Assembly (NCBI GenBank): GCA_963713855.1
Contig: OY970209.1
Span: forward strand, 64,001-128,000
DNA from: an uncultured bacterium
Lineage (GTDB): Bacteria > Babelota > Babeliae > Babelales > Babelaceae
Direction of reading: 5' to 3'
Length of the DNA stretch: 64,000 nt
Shown: positions 9,874 to 20,492 of the stretch, piece after piece
Position numbering within the stretch: the first letter of the stretch is position 1
How the letters are laid out: every line of letters begins with the position of its first letter
The notes under the pieces: model-generated
Seen by the model: the letters and a program-made list of their open reading frames with translations, nothing else
Database searches by the model: none
Told to the model about the DNA's origin: nothing
Made by a program: the position numbers and the translations under genes

Positions 9874-11580
9874 ATGAGCAAAAAGCATGACCTTAAAGTA
9901 CTTCGTCATTCAGCTGCGCATCTTCTCGCACATGCGATTTCCGAGCTTTTTCCAGGCACGCTTTTGACGATTGGTCCAGCCACGGATGAAGGTTTTTTTT
10001 ACGATTGTCTCCCTTTGAAAAATTTTAAGGAAGAAGATCTTGCCCCCATCGAAGCGCGCATGCGTATTCTGGCTGATAAAAACATACCTCTTACTCATCA
10101 TGAAATCTCTAAAGAAGAGGCACGAAAACTATATCGTGATAATCCTTTTAAATTAGAGCTTATAGAGTCAATACCGGGAGATACCGTAGGTCTTGCTCGC
10201 CAGGGCGATTTTTACGATCTTTGCCGTGGAGGACACGTTGAATCCACCGGTCAACTCAAGCATTTTAAATTACTGAATATCTCGGGTTCTTATTGGAGAG
10301 CTGATCGAAATAAGCCGGCTTTGCAACGCATTTCTGGAACAGCTTTTTTTACTGATGAAGAGATGGCAGCCTACGAGCTACAACAAGAAGAAGCTCGCCT
10401 TTATGACCACCGGCGCTTGGGAAAACAGCTTGATCTTTTTTCTTTTCAAGATGAAGGCGTTGGTTTTCCGTTCTTCCATCCTCGAGGAAAAGCGGTAATC
10501 AATGGCCTAGTTTCTTATATGAGAAAGATGCAAAGTGAATATGATTACCAAGAAGTAAGCACTCCAACGATGTTAAATGTAAACTTGTGGGAACGCTCAG
10601 GGCACTATGCCTACTACAAAGAGAATATGTATTTTTGCACAATTGACAGCACTACCTATGCTCTAAAGCCAATGAACTGTCCGGGTGCAATGCTTATTTA
10701 TAAAAATCGCCCGAGGTCCTATAAAGAATTACCTTTAAAGTTGGCAGAATTTGGACACGTGCATAGGCATGAGCTTTCTGGAGCCCTTCACGGACTACTA
10801 AGAGTGCGCGCATTTACCATTGATGATACGCATATTTTCTGCACCACAAACCAACTTGAGCACGAAATACGGACTCTCTTAAAGATCATTAATCGGGTTT
10901 TGCAGACATTCGAATTTAGCAAAATACAATACGTCCTTTCTACAAGACCTGATAAGTCCATGGGAAGCGATGAGGTATGGGAAAAAGCAACTCAAGCTTT
11001 AGAAAACGCGTTGAATGCGGAGCAATGCGCCTATGAGGTAATCCCAAAAGATGGCGCATTCTACGGTCCTAAGATCGGCGTTGTTATCGAAGATTCCTTG
11101 AAACGTTCCTGGGGTTGTAGCACAGCGCAGGTAGATTTTCTTCAACCTGAAAGCTTTGATCTCACTTTTGTAAACAGTCTTGGACAGCAAGAACGACCTG
11201 TTGTTATTCACAGCGCTATCTATGGCTCTCTTGAGCGGTTTTTTGCAATCCTTCTTGAGCATTTTAAAGGACATCTACCGGCATGGATCGCCTCGGTGTC
11301 TGTACGCGTCTTACCCATTACCGATGCCCAACGAGCCTATGCTCAAGAAGTATACGACGAATTAAAATCCGCTGGTATACGCGTAGAAATTGATGAATCT
11401 GCAGACCCACTTTCAGGCCAAATCAAGCGAGCACAACAAGAAAAAATCCCGTGGATGCTCATCGTGGGTGGAAAGGAAGCTGATAGTAAGACAGTGACCC
11501 TGCGCTACCACACAGGTAAACAGGAACATGGTATTACCACGCAAGATATCATTAAACGTCTTGAAGCAATGCAAGCATAG
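9874..11580 (+). CDS. thrS: Threonine-tRNA ligase (no N-terminal TGS domain)
   Basis: RHSAAHL, DLCRGGHV, DHRRLG, KPMNCP, GAFYGPKI, GSLERF. Confidence 0.97.
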   Translation: MSKKHDLKVLRHSAAHLLAHAISELFPGTLLTIGPATDEGFFYDCLPLKNFKEEDLAPIEARMRILADKNIPLTHHEISKEEARKLYRDNPFKLELIESIPGDTVGLARQGDFYDLCRGGHVESTGQLKHFKLLNISGSYWRADRNKPALQRISGTAFFTDEEMAAYELQQEEARLYDHRRLGKQLDLFSFQDEGVGFPFFHPRGKAVINGLVSYMRKMQSEYDYQEVSTPTMLNVNLWERSGHYAYYKENMYFCTIDSTTYALKPMNCPGAMLIYKNRPRSYKELPLKLAEFGHVHRHELSGALHGLLRVRAFTIDDTHIFCTTNQLEHEIRTLLKIINRVLQTFEFSKIQYVLSTRPDKSMGSDEVWEKATQALENALNAEQCAYEVIPKDGAFYGPKIGVVIEDSLKRSWGCSTAQVDFLQPESFDLTFVNSLGQQERPVVIHSAIYGSLERFFAILLEHFKGHLPAWIASVSVRVLPITDAQRAYAQEVYDELKSAGIRVEIDESADPLSGQIKRAQQEKIPWMLIVGGKEADSKTVTLRYHTGKQEHGITTQDIIKRLEAMQA

Positions 11581-11587
11581 CCTACCA

Positions 11588-11630
11588 CCGAGCAAGATGC
11601 TTTAAAATAGGAGCATCTTGCTCGGCTTTT
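11588..11630 (+). terminator. Intrinsic terminator after thrS
   Basis: 14-bp stem 11588-11601/11612-11625 followed by ctttt. Confidence 0.75.
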
Positions 11631-11835
11631 GTAAAAATTCTTATCTTCATACTTACCTTTTTTATATGCTCACCTTTAGAATAAAGCGCTTAGATAAAAT
11701 CAAAATTGCTTTTTTGTATAAGCGAATCTGCAAATATTTTGAAGAAGTTTAAAATTAAGAATAAAAAATGTTGATTAGTGATGTGCATATCGTATACGTT
11801 AGTAATCAGTATGGAGTACTTTATAAGGAGAGCTC

Positions 11836-12339
11836 ATGGCAACGACACGAAGAACGACAGCACGTAAGACCACAAAAAGGAAGGCCGCAAGACCCGCTGC
11901 TACTAAAAGGAAAGCAGCTGTTCGCGCTGCGGCTGGCAGAAAAACAACTGCTAAACGAACAACTGCTAAACGAACGACAGCCAAAAGGACGACTGCTAGA
12001 AAAACTGCTGCATCTCGTTCAAGAACTGGTGCTGCACGCAGTAAATCAGCTGCAGCAAGATCTACAAGCGCACGAGCAGGAATACGCGCAGTCGGTAAGG
12101 CAAAAAAAGCAGCTGGTAAAACAGCAAAGCGCGCAGCACCTAAAGCTGGTGCTAAGCGTACAGCAGCCCGACGTGCAACAACAGCAAAAAAAGCAGCTAA
12201 ACGTGCGCCTGCACGACGAAAAACAATCCAAAAGCCATTGTTATCGGGACAGCTTCCTGAAAATGAGGAAACTTTTCCGGAGCATGAATCTGAAGGCACA
12301 AATATCTTCTCTTTTAGAAGAGGCGACTTTAATAGGTAG
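11836..12339 (+). CDS. Histone H1-like (Hc2-like) basic protein
   Basis: AAGGAG RBS; K/R/A/T-rich with TAKRT repeats; short acidic tail. Confidence 0.75.
   Translation: MATTRRTTARKTTKRKAARPAATKRKAAVRAAAGRKTTAKRTTAKRTTAKRTTARKTAASRSRTGAARSKSAAARSTSARAGIRAVGKAKKAAGKTAKRAAPKAGAKRTAARRATTAKKAAKRAPARRKTIQKPLLSGQLPENEETFPEHESEGTNIFSFRRGDFNR
11947..12006 (+). repeat. 15-bp coding tandem repeat x4 (TAKRT)
   Basis: actgctaaacgaaca actgctaaacgaacg acagccaaaaggacg actgctagaaaaact. Confidence 0.85.
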
Positions 12340-12351
12340 CACGTTTTAGGA

Positions 12352-12375
12352 GGGCATGCAAAGTTTTGCATGCCC
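12352..12375. terminator. Hairpin between convergent genes
   Basis: gggcatgcaaa / tttgcatgccc inverted repeat. Confidence 0.65.
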
Positions 12376-12391
12376 CTCATCTTTTCAATGA

Positions 12392-13246
12392 CTAGATTGC
12401 TCTAAATTCATCCTGAAATGCATCATCTAAAATACCTGTACTATTTGAAAACTCGAGTTCTACTTTTTGACCATCTTTAGGACACAGTATCTCATTTAAA
12501 AGCGGTATCTCTGCAAATTCTTCAATACAGATATTTTCGGCCCTTTGTTTCAACTGGTATTCCTTAATAAGATCCATAAGCTCTTTATTTTCCTTATCAT
12601 AGGCCTGGGCCAACAAATCTTCATAAGCATGATTTCTGCTATTAGCACAAGCCCCGTGGATGAATAAGAGTTTTAATAGCTCGAGGTTTTCGGCCCTAAT
12701 CGCCAGAGACGCAGCGGTGCCACTGCCTAGTGCACTAATCCAGGAACAATTTTCAGGATCCGGGCGGCAATCCACCTCAACCATGAGGGTATTAGGATTT
12801 ACGCCTTTTTCCAAAAGTGCTTTAACGACAGCATAAGCTTCGTTTTTTTCAAACTCCGATACTTTGCTCATTTTAAGGAGGGCATAACCGAGATAGGTGA
12901 AACTGCTTTCACGATACTCAAGTATGTCCTCATCATCTTTTACGCAAAATAAAAGCTTAAATATTTTATTGATATCTCCCGAATGAAAGCGAATTGACTC
13001 ACTATCGCCCTGTACAATCGCTTTTAAATAGTCGTCATTAGAGTTTTCTGCTAGAAACTTCTTCTCAAGTTCTTCAAAAGCCTCGCCTTCGTCTTCGTTA
13101 CCCTCCTTGCTAAAACATGATGCTTTTTCAGTCCTCGAACGCACAGGTATGGGCATAATAACCAAAGTCTTCAGAAAATTCGAGGGGACTAAAAGTCTCA
13201 GAAAAGGTATTCTCTTCATCCATCTCTTTTGCAAAACTGCATTCAA
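12392..13246 (-). CDS. Ankyrin-like repeat protein
   Basis: VVKALLEKGVNPN, GTAASLAIRAENLELLKLLFIHGACAN. Confidence 0.65.
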   Translation of the reverse strand: MNAVLQKRWMKRIPFLRLLVPSNFLKTLVIMPIPVRSRTEKASCFSKEGNEDEGEAFEELEKKFLAENSNDDYLKAIVQGDSESIRFHSGDINKIFKLLFCVKDDEDILEYRESSFTYLGYALLKMSKVSEFEKNEAYAVVKALLEKGVNPNTLMVEVDCRPDPENCSWISALGSGTAASLAIRAENLELLKLLFIHGACANSRNHAYEDLLAQAYDKENKELMDLIKEYQLKQRAENICIEEFAEIPLLNEILCPKDGQKVELEFSNSTGILDDAFQDEFRAI

Positions 13247-13372
13247 ATCCCCAAGAACTTATCACACTTACCCATAGAACCGACTTTAAAAATAGTTTAG
13301 ACATTGAAATTCATCCTTATTAACGCAATACACTAGCGGGCAGTATAGTAGAAACTATAAAAACCACAACTT

Positions 13373-14002
13373 TTAAGATTTAGAGTGAAGAACCTTAAGA
13401 AGTGGCTTAATATTGCACTTATTTTGGCCACATTTGACAAGAAGTCTATGTGTCTCGGCCCAATGACTTTGGGGAATAATCTTTTTAAGTGCACATTCCG
13501 TCTCGTAAGGAGTTTTAGTGGTAACAAGCCCAAGCTCATTAGCAAGGCGGTGAACATGGGTGTCTACGCCTAATGCAGGAATACCGAATGCTTCTGCTAA
13601 CACTAAATTAGCAGTTTTTCGTCCAACGCCTTTTAGAGAAAGGAGCTCACTTTCGGTCTTAGGCACGTGCCCATTAAAGCGCTCTATAAGTTCCCGTGAG
13701 ACTGACTTGAGGGTTCTACCCTTATTAAGGTAATAATTGACCGGTCGAATAATCTCGTAAAGCTTCTGGTCGGGAAAATCAACCATTTGCTGAGGGGTAC
13801 GCACAACCGCAAAAAGTTTTTTACAGACTGGATAGGTAACCGTATCTCGGGTGCGTAAACTTAAAAGGCAGCCTATAAGAATAATATATGGGTCTCGGTT
13901 GTATTCTTGATCGAGCTTTACGAGTAGCGGCTCGGCCATCCCGTGGACTGTATCTTTAAGCCGTTTAAGGAATAATAAGACAGTGGATGGCCGAAGCTTC
14001 AT
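13373..14002 (-). CDS. nth: Endonuclease III (HhH-GPD glycosylase)
   Basis: LLSLRTRD, LKGVGRKTANLVL, VDTHVHR. Confidence 0.9.
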   Translation of the reverse strand: MKLRPSTVLLFLKRLKDTVHGMAEPLLVKLDQEYNRDPYIILIGCLLSLRTRDTVTYPVCKKLFAVVRTPQQMVDFPDQKLYEIIRPVNYYLNKGRTLKSVSRELIERFNGHVPKTESELLSLKGVGRKTANLVLAEAFGIPALGVDTHVHRLANELGLVTTKTPYETECALKKIIPQSHWAETHRLLVKCGQNKCNIKPLLKVLHSKS

Positions 14003-14180
14003 GGAACTACAAGCAAACTAACACGGATGATAACCGCTACTTGACAAGACATTTCTATCGAGTGGACAGTTTAGGTAAAAATAAAAAAAATGCAAGAAAA
14101 AAAGCCTTGCTCAGTAATTGATGCTTATCATTAATTGAAATATAGGGTACATTTAACAAAAAAGACCTATAAAGTACGTT

Positions 14181-16763
14181 ATGCTAAAATTGCTTATCAT
14201 TCTTTTAAGACCTCAGGTGCTCTTATTGGGGGCGTTGGGCTTTATCACCTCCATTTTCATTTTTCTGTTTTTAAAACTCATCACATTCAAATCTACAACA
14301 AACACTAAACATCTTCTGAGGTTTTATACCGCAATACTTGTCCTATGCGCTTTAAAAATAAGCCTGAGCTGGATGATACTTCTAATACTAGCTATTTTGC
14401 AAAACAATCATGCAAAAATAGCATTGCTAGCTTTCAATGTTAGACAGGCTTTTAGTATTATCGAATACCTCTTTATACCCCTTTTTGTTGACGCCCTTAT
14501 TCGACCAACTATCACCTTGAGCATAGGGGGGCTTAAAAAAATCCACTTTTTATTTTTAAGTATTTTGGCCATATTGTACCTGGTCGGGCAAAATATGCCA
14601 CAAACGGTAGACGTATCAACCTTTTTAATAGATTTTTACGGCATTGTTGTTCTTTTAGCTTCAAGCTATTTTTTGTATCGCTCAATAAAAAAAGAGTCAG
14701 CCATTCCGTTGGTTGTTAAAAAAGAGCTTACCACGCTCACTCGTAAGATTTTTTTTCCTTACGTACTTTCAAGCATTTTAGTAATGGTTTCTAGAGATTT
14801 ACCTTATAATGCTCTTTTTTTTAGTGCAGTTTTGTCTCTATTTATAAAGGCATATCTTTGGTATTTCTGCAAGAGCCGGATTATGAAACTTCCTTTCTTT
14901 ACCACTAAGCAAAATGCGCTATCGCACGTTTTTATTGAGGACCTAAATAAAGCCTTTGAGGGCTTAACACACGCTCTTAATATGAGCGAAATAGAACGCG
15001 TTACTAAACAATTTTTCCAAGACTCTTTCAATGTGAGTCCTTTAAACGTAAGCCTTCACATTAGATCCGCTCAAGAAACCTACCTTCAGCCTCAAATGAA
15101 TAAAAGGGAAAAAGAAGAACGCCACAAGATACTCTCTGCTTTGGAAAGCACCTTAGATTCTTCCGATTTAGAAGCTTTTCTAGAAAAAAACAAGATGCTC
15201 AAAAAAGATGATTTGGCATTCGCCTATTTTTATGAGTTAAAGTCGCAATTAAAAGTATATATTGATTTTCTTGAAACCATTAATGCTTCGTTTTTTATAG
15301 CCATTTACAACCAAAAACGCATTTCAGCATACCTTATCTTACGCGATACCTCTATAAATTGCGCTACTGGTAGCGCTGAAGGAGAAAAAATACTTCTTTT
15401 TACTGCCTACTTAGAACGCGTACTAACTTTTATGGAAACAATCGACCCACAAGCGGCTCTTAAAAAATACCAAGCATTAAAGCGCGAAACCCACTATCAT
15501 GCAGAAAAACTAGCGTGGTACGAGAGCATTATTGCAAGTATAAGTCCTGATAATCTAGCTTTCATGGGCGCTCTTTTGTATAACAACGATAAACTTTCGT
15601 ATCTAAACCAAGAGAGCGAAGAGCAAATAGGTATAAAACTAAGTAAATACTCAATATTTGCCGAAAATTGCACCTTCATAGCAAAAGAAGCACAAAATAC
15701 AGGAAGCCCAAAAACGTTGATCATCAAAGATGAAAGGGGTCGAGCTGTTAAGCTCAAAGCAACTCCATGCTTTCTTTTTGAATCAAAAGAAGCTATTGTC
15801 ACCGTACAGCAAACATTTTTATATCCGCTGCAAAATCACGAAAATCCTCTCTATGCACATTTAGATTGGAATATGATACTTCGCTTAGAAACCACGCAGG
15901 CTGGACAGCTTATAAATCAGGCTTTACCGGGGTCTAGTCCCGCCCTACTAGCGTTAAAAGTAAGCATTTTAAAAGCGGTACTTAGCCCAAAAGCAGTATG
16001 GATTGAAGCCCCAGGCATGGAACTCATGAAAGCGGCCGACATTATCTATAAAGCAAGCTCTAGGCCTTCAATGGCAAAGCTCAGCTTAAAAGAGCCAGAA
16101 AATAAAGAAGAAATTGCTGAAAAACTCTTTGGCTTAAATGCTTTCTATCGTTTACCTGGAGACTTACCGCTTCTTGAGGAAGTTGCTGATAATGGCATGC
16201 TATTAATTGAAAACATCCATCTTTTAAGCCGTGAGACCCAAGAAGCGCTCGCTGAAACTCTCAAATATGGATTTTTTAAGCCCCTAAAAAGCGAGCGCAA
16301 AATTAAGACTGAGATGCAACTCCTTGTATCAAGCTCATATAATCTTGAAACGCTTGTCCAAGAAAATCTTTTTTCTCCAGCTTTACTTGCAGAATTAACC
16401 CATATTTCTCTAAAAGCACCTTCAACATTTTCCACACAAGACATACAAGAGCTCCGAGAAATTGCCGCTTTTGGTGAGGAGGAATTACCAACATTTACCC
16501 TCGACGCAGTTCAAAATAGAGTGCACGCTATCCTACATCAAAAAGAACAAACTCAAGAATTTCATCCCGTTATGATAGACTCTAAAAAGCATGACAACCC
16601 AGCACTTGACCGTATACTTGAGAAAGGCAAAGATGCTCTTAAAGATAAAGAAGCTATGACCTTCCTTTGGAATACTTTTAAAAGTCAGGCAAAAATTGCT
16701 AGCCTCCTTAAAGTAAACCGCTCATCTGTGCATAAGCGATGTAAAGAATTCAATTTGAATTAG
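14181..16763 (+). CDS. Multi-TM protein with degenerate sigma54-activator-like AAA domain and C-terminal HTH
   Basis: About 7 hydrophobic helices; GMLLIENIHLLSRETQEALAETLKYG resembles the bEBP Walker B region; SQAKIASLLKVNRSSVHKR Fis-like HTH. Confidence 0.7.
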   Translation: MLKLLIILLRPQVLLLGALGFITSIFIFLFLKLITFKSTTNTKHLLRFYTAILVLCALKISLSWMILLILAILQNNHAKIALLAFNVRQAFSIIEYLFIPLFVDALIRPTITLSIGGLKKIHFLFLSILAILYLVGQNMPQTVDVSTFLIDFYGIVVLLASSYFLYRSIKKESAIPLVVKKELTTLTRKIFFPYVLSSILVMVSRDLPYNALFFSAVLSLFIKAYLWYFCKSRIMKLPFFTTKQNALSHVFIEDLNKAFEGLTHALNMSEIERVTKQFFQDSFNVSPLNVSLHIRSAQETYLQPQMNKREKEERHKILSALESTLDSSDLEAFLEKNKMLKKDDLAFAYFYELKSQLKVYIDFLETINASFFIAIYNQKRISAYLILRDTSINCATGSAEGEKILLFTAYLERVLTFMETIDPQAALKKYQALKRETHYHAEKLAWYESIIASISPDNLAFMGALLYNNDKLSYLNQESEEQIGIKLSKYSIFAENCTFIAKEAQNTGSPKTLIIKDERGRAVKLKATPCFLFESKEAIVTVQQTFLYPLQNHENPLYAHLDWNMILRLETTQAGQLINQALPGSSPALLALKVSILKAVLSPKAVWIEAPGMELMKAADIIYKASSRPSMAKLSLKEPENKEEIAEKLFGLNAFYRLPGDLPLLEEVADNGMLLIENIHLLSRETQEALAETLKYGFFKPLKSERKIKTEMQLLVSSSYNLETLVQENLFSPALLAELTHISLKAPSTFSTQDIQELREIAAFGEEELPTFTLDAVQNRVHAILHQKEQTQEFHPVMIDSKKHDNPALDRILEKGKDALKDKEAMTFLWNTFKSQAKIASLLKVNRSSVHKRCKEFNLN

Positions 16764-16772
16764 TATTTTCCT

Positions 16773-18533
16773 ATGGAACACCTTTCGCAATTGCTCGTAC
16801 AACGCCTTTCTATCTTTGCTCGCCTTTTTTTGCTCGCAACTATTATCATAACCGGTCGTCTTTTTGAGCTCCAGATACGACTTTTTACAAGATTTCTTGC
16901 TTTAGGTGAGCGTAATTTTTTACGTACCGAAAGGGTCGTTCCACCACGGGGTAATATCTTAGATTGCAAAGGAAGACCGCTCGCGACAAGTTCACCTGTT
17001 ACAGCACTTATTTGGCAAGGCACAGGAAAGCGCGCTTTTCAAGCTCACCACATTAAACTCATAACGTTTCTTGAAAAATTACTCGATAAAGAACTCCTCA
17101 ATAATATAGATCTATTAAACGCTGAGCGAAAAGCTAAGCAACACGTTATCGTTAATGATTTAGCCTTTGAAAAATCAAGCCAGATTTTAGAACAGTATCC
17201 TAAGCATGAAAATATCATCCTTTCAACACGTTTTAAGCGTACGTACCCACATCATTCTTTAGCATGTCATGTCGTCGGCTATTTAGGCTCAGCAAAAACC
17301 CGCTTATCTGGCAAGATGGGACTTGAAAAAATGTACGAAGCTGCTCTTTGCGGAAATCCCGGCCAAATAAGAAAAAAAGTAAATTCGCAGGGTCGTGCTT
17401 TAGCTAAAGAAGAGATTCAAAAAGCACTCAAAGGAGAAGACTTAGAAATAACCATCGACCTTGATCTTCAAAAGCTTGCTGAAGATATTTTTCCCAACGA
17501 TTATGCTGGAGCAATCGTTGCGTTGAGCCCTTTAAGCGGAGCTTTAAAAGTAGTTGCGTCTAGGCCCGCCTTTGACCCAAATATATTTGTGAAATCACTT
17601 GATCCTCACTTATGGAACAGCCTGAGGGAACAAAAACAACCTTTCCTAAATAGGGCTTTTAGCGGACTTTACCCTCCGGCCTCGCTTTTTAAACTCGTCA
17701 CCATCGCTGCCGCTTTAGAGAACAATTTAGCTCAAGAAGATACTCTGTGGGAATGTAAAGGTCATATAGTTTTTGGGGGAAGACCATACTATTGTAATAA
17801 ACGCAATGGGCACGGAACTCTGACGACGCTTGAAGCTGTCGCACATTCATGCAATATTCCTTTTTATGAGCTAGGAAAGCTCATAAAGGTAGATGTACTA
17901 GCAAATTACGCCTATAAATTTGGTCTTGGCTCAAAGACATACGGTGCATTTTGCGAGAAAGCGGGACTCATCCCAACAGCCTCCTGGAAGCTTAAAGAGC
18001 GCGGTGAACGTTGGTGGCCTGGAGAAACGCTTTTAGCCACTATAGGTCAAAGCTCTTTATTAGTAACACCTATTCAAATGGCATGCATGGTCTCAGGTAT
18101 ATGTGAAGGATATTTGGTAAAACCTTCAATTCTCAAGTCTGAGGCACAACATCAGCTTGAAGGTGAGAAAAAAATGCTTGATATTAAGCCCAACACTCGA
18201 GAATTTCTTAAAAAATCAATGCGTCAAGCAGTCACGCGCGGAACGGGTAAAAGGCTTAGCAGACTGAACAATATTACCATTTATGCAAAAAGCGGAACTG
18301 CTCAAATTAGCTCATTTGAAAAAAGGTCCTTTGGCAAGGAGTTTCAAGAGCATGCTTGGTTTATTGCTTATATCTCGTATAAAGATTATGAACCACTTAC
18401 TCTTCTCATATTGCTCGAAAACGCAGGCTCATCAAGCCACGCAGTTGAGCTTGCAAAACTCTTTATTAATCGGTATAGAGCACTTACTGATGCCCATCCA
18501 CAAGAATACAAAAGGCCAAACGTTAGGCTATAG
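16773..18533 (+). CDS. mrdA: Penicillin-binding protein 2
   Basis: PPRGNILD, YPPASLFK (SxxK), SCN (SxN), KSGTAQ. Confidence 0.9.
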   Translation: MEHLSQLLVQRLSIFARLFLLATIIITGRLFELQIRLFTRFLALGERNFLRTERVVPPRGNILDCKGRPLATSSPVTALIWQGTGKRAFQAHHIKLITFLEKLLDKELLNNIDLLNAERKAKQHVIVNDLAFEKSSQILEQYPKHENIILSTRFKRTYPHHSLACHVVGYLGSAKTRLSGKMGLEKMYEAALCGNPGQIRKKVNSQGRALAKEEIQKALKGEDLEITIDLDLQKLAEDIFPNDYAGAIVALSPLSGALKVVASRPAFDPNIFVKSLDPHLWNSLREQKQPFLNRAFSGLYPPASLFKLVTIAAALENNLAQEDTLWECKGHIVFGGRPYYCNKRNGHGTLTTLEAVAHSCNIPFYELGKLIKVDVLANYAYKFGLGSKTYGAFCEKAGLIPTASWKLKERGERWWPGETLLATIGQSSLLVTPIQMACMVSGICEGYLVKPSILKSEAQHQLEGEKKMLDIKPNTREFLKKSMRQAVTRGTGKRLSRLNNITIYAKSGTAQISSFEKRSFGKEFQEHAWFIAYISYKDYEPLTLLILLENAGSSSHAVELAKLFINRYRALTDAHPQEYKRPNVRL

Positions 18534-18785
18534 TTAAACCTATCCTTGAAACAAAAAGGGTCTTTAAAATCTTAGAGTTGCGCGCGTTCCATTGCTATGA
18601 AAAAGCTATTTTACGCGCGCGTCGCTCATAAAAACTCCAAATGGCAGCTAGATTTCTTCAGCTCGTGAAGAAAGAAGAATAATTTACCTAAGAAATTTAT
18701 TAGCGTGCTGCCAGAACTTGTTACAGGTCCGCTCGTGGTTTGTTAAGTCAGGAGGATATAAAAATTATATCCTCCGATTAACGAC

Positions 18786-20083
18786 CTATCGAGCAAGAGT
18801 TTTTAGTACATGGGCAATTGGGCTCGTCAATGATGAGGCAGCATTTGTGGTACCGCCTGTTACAGTAGTGGTGCCTGTGGCACTTGTGGCGCCCGTCGTG
18901 GTAGAAGGCGTACATCCTACAAGAGTAAATACTGTTACATCCGGTATGCCGCCATTTGCTAATGAACCATAATTAACAGTAACCAAGTATTGGCCCGAAG
19001 GTGAGAATGCTAGTCCCCAAGGATTTGTAGAACCAGCGGGTAATGGGTATGAGGTACCATCACTCAAGGTTCCGTCTGCCGCCACCGCAAACATCGTTAC
19101 ATCATTTGAGCCAGTAGAAGCGACTGAGACGCCCCCATTAGCAGTAACCAAGTATTCGCCAGAAGGTGAGAATGCCAGTGCGTAAGGATTTATAGAACCG
19201 GAAGGTAACGAATATGAAGTACCTGCGCTTAAGATTCCGCCCGCTTCCAACGTAAACACCGTCACTTGATTTGAGCCGAAATCAGCTGTTGCAAGGTATG
19301 TCCCGTTCGGTGAAAATGCTATTGAAGCCGGAGAAGAACCAAGAGGCTGACTAACAGTATTTCCCTGACCTGATAGCGTTCCCGTTCCTAGACTAAATAC
19401 CGTTACACCACTGGGGCAATTGCAGCAAGGGTAACAGCCGAAATCAGCTGTAACAATATATTTTTCATCATGGGAGAAAGCTAGCGAAGTGGGATTCGCG
19501 TCAACAATTGGTATAGCGGAACTTTGTGGACCAGATAAGACTCCCCCTGCTTCCACCGTAAACACTCCTATATCTGCCGCACCATGCGGACCAGCGCCAT
19601 CAGTATAAGCTACGTATGTTCCGGAAGGCGAGAACGTTACGAAGTTGGTTTGAGGGCTTGCTACTAAGCCGACATTGTATCAGCTACCGGCACTTATGGC
19701 ACCTCCAGCTCCAACCGTAAACATGGTTAAAGAGCAAGCAGGACTAATTGTGCCGCCACTAACGTCGTGACTAACAGCAGCTATGTATCCACCAGATGGT
19801 GAAAATGCTGAGAGACTATATCGGCAAGATAAGAGGGTAAAGGATACGGAGTACCAGCACTTAATGCTCCTCCTGATCCCATCGTAAACATTGTTATCTC
19901 GCTGGAACTGCCAATGGCAACGTAGGTGCCAGACGGCGAGAACGCAATTGAGTCAGCAAGAGAAGTACCAGATGGTAAAGGATACGATGTGCCTGATTCT
20001 AGAGAACAAACAGCGTCAGATTGTAAACTCACCATAAGAGGAGATAATGCGCAGATTAAATATGAAATCATGATAATTTTCAT
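18786..20083 (-). pseudogene. Disrupted secreted beta-propeller (lactonase/WD40-like) repeat protein
   Basis: ~45-aa repeats AFSPSGxYLxTAN...VTxF; frameshift near 19810-19825 and in-frame TGA at 19680-19682. Confidence 0.75.
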
Positions 20084-20492
20084 TATGTCCTAAAAGTTAG
20101 ATATAAAGTCAATATAAGATCAAACGCGATAAACTTATCCAGTCCCCGCCTTATATTGAGTCTTTCTTTACTAAACTCTCCCAACCTAATTTTGCGGGGA
20201 ACAGATGGAGACAACTTTACATACTTTTCTCCCTTCTTTTTATTAGACAAGTTTCAATTATTAACTTGTAGCTCTGTTAGCAGGCGTTTCTAGTTTTATT
20301 CACAGCTAATTCGGTCCTTTAATAAAGGCAATCGATACGCCCCTCAAAAATAAAATATTGCGAAGCCTCCCTATTCAGAAAATTAGTAAGAACAAAATGC
20401 ACAACCGTTAATGCATATTTTATGAAAACATTGACGAAGATCCATATCCTACCTTCGACTTCAATCATTTCCAGAAAATGCACTAAACTGAT

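Noticed and set aside
11768..12380. Overlapping ORFs 11768-12349 (+) and 11799-12380 (-)
   Set aside because: Shadow frames of the low-complexity histone-like gene, which has the RBS
19680..19682. TGA recoding (alternative genetic code or selenocysteine)
   Set aside because: TGA ends other genes in the window (8792, 33827), and this position corresponds to Ser in the repeat
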